Shown here: in pieces, positions 63,423-64,000 of the stretch | Numbering within the stretch: position 1 is the first letter of the stretch | Layout: each line of letters begins with the position of its first letter | Assembly (NCBI GenBank): GCA_965223335.1 | Contig: OZ244991.1 | Coordinates: 288,001-352,000 of the forward strand | Direction: 5' to 3' | DNA: 64,000 nucleotides | Source: Thermodesulfobacteriota bacterium | GTDB taxonomy: Bacteria; Desulfobacterota_D; UBA1144; Nemesobacterales; UBA2774 | Position numbers and translations under genes: made by a program | The notes under the pieces: generated by a model | What the model was told of the DNA's origin: nothing | Database searches by the model: none | What the model saw: the letters and a program-made list of their open reading frames with translations, nothing else

Positions 63423-63848
63423 ATGAAAATGGCAACTGCAACAAAAAGCACTACAAAAACAAAAGATTTCACGGAGCCGCTAAAAGAGTTTTCCGGTCTA
63501 TTTAAAGAAAATTACAAAAACGGACTGGACTTCACTTTTTCGGTGCTAGAGCAGAACATCAAAGCTGTCAACGCACAAGTTGATCAGTGGTTTGAGCTCG
63601 AGAAGGACTACTTCAACACACTCGACGGTTACTACAAGGATCTTCCCAGGGAGCTGCCCTTTGTAAACGGCAACATTAAACCAGCTAAAGAACAGCTGGA
63701 CCGTCTGGTTGCTCTTAGGAAAGATCAGGTAGAAAACTTTAAGACCATGTCCGAGAAGGTCCTGAAAGAGACACGCTCATACGCAGAAGAGAACACTGAC
63801 AAGGCATTCTCGATCTTCGAAGACTACTTAAACACACTCAAGATATAA
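63423..63848 (+). CDS. Phasin-like helical protein
   Basis: 141 aa, amphipathic coiled-coil character, monocistronic with strong expression signals. The family call is tentative. Confidence 0.5.
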   Translation: MKMATATKSTTKTKDFTEPLKEFSGLFKENYKNGLDFTFSVLEQNIKAVNAQVDQWFELEKDYFNTLDGYYKDLPRELPFVNGNIKPAKEQLDRLVALRKDQVENFKTMSEKVLKETRSYAEENTDKAFSIFEDYLNTLKI

Positions 63849-63879
63849 GACCAGCTGATTTCGTAAATACCTCATTCGT

Positions 63880-63926
63880 TACCCACATCCGATGACTGGC
63901 ATCGTCGGATGTGGGTTTCATTTTTT
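63880..63926 (+). terminator. Rho-independent terminator
   Basis: ACCCACATCCGATGA/TCGTCGGATGTGGGT stem followed by TTCATTTTTT. Confidence 0.8.
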
Positions 63927-64000
63927 ACTGCTCTACGAATTATCACAACCAATTACCGGATTGCATTTAACCGTCTAGCTATATACTATTTATCCTTAGT

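Overview
Bacterial chromosomal window, probably from an uncultured lineage. The IPTL-CTERM and Cys-CTERM surface proteins suggest Candidatus Dadabacteria or a related Desulfobacterota-like group, which is an inference only. 1-19.5 kb is mobile DNA: a toxin-antitoxin-like pair and a tyrosine integrase lie left of tRNA-Arg(CCT). A ~17 kb island follows, bounded by the tRNA 3' end and a 37-bp copy of it at 19503-19539. It carries a second integrase, a small RHH-type gene, a 4554-aa Sec-exported Rhs toxin, a small immunity gene and kptA/tpt1. The YD shell of the Rhs protein is split by about 3000 aa of adhesin-like Cys repeats and a beta-propeller. Just beyond attR, an Rhs-core remnant is joined out of frame to a truncated hemY. 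20.8-30.5 kb holds three tandem IPTL-CTERM paralogs, a decayed amidohydrolase/agmatinase chimera and three related secreted surface proteins. 30.8-39.3 kb has a malate synthase-isocitrate lyase fusion, a two-component/MEDS-LuxR cluster and an outer-membrane barrel. 39.6-43.2 kb is an unusual five-gene cluster: roadblock-like protein, permease-less ABC ATPase, dual-specificity phosphatase-roadblock fusion, YbaN and an MglA-type GTPase. The remainder is mostly housekeeping or metabolic (sufE, antiporter, ndh, tatA, nuoF, lhgO, ECF sigma/anti-sigma, SRAP, fumC, phasin-like). All family assignments come from motifs recognised by eye; no searches were run.
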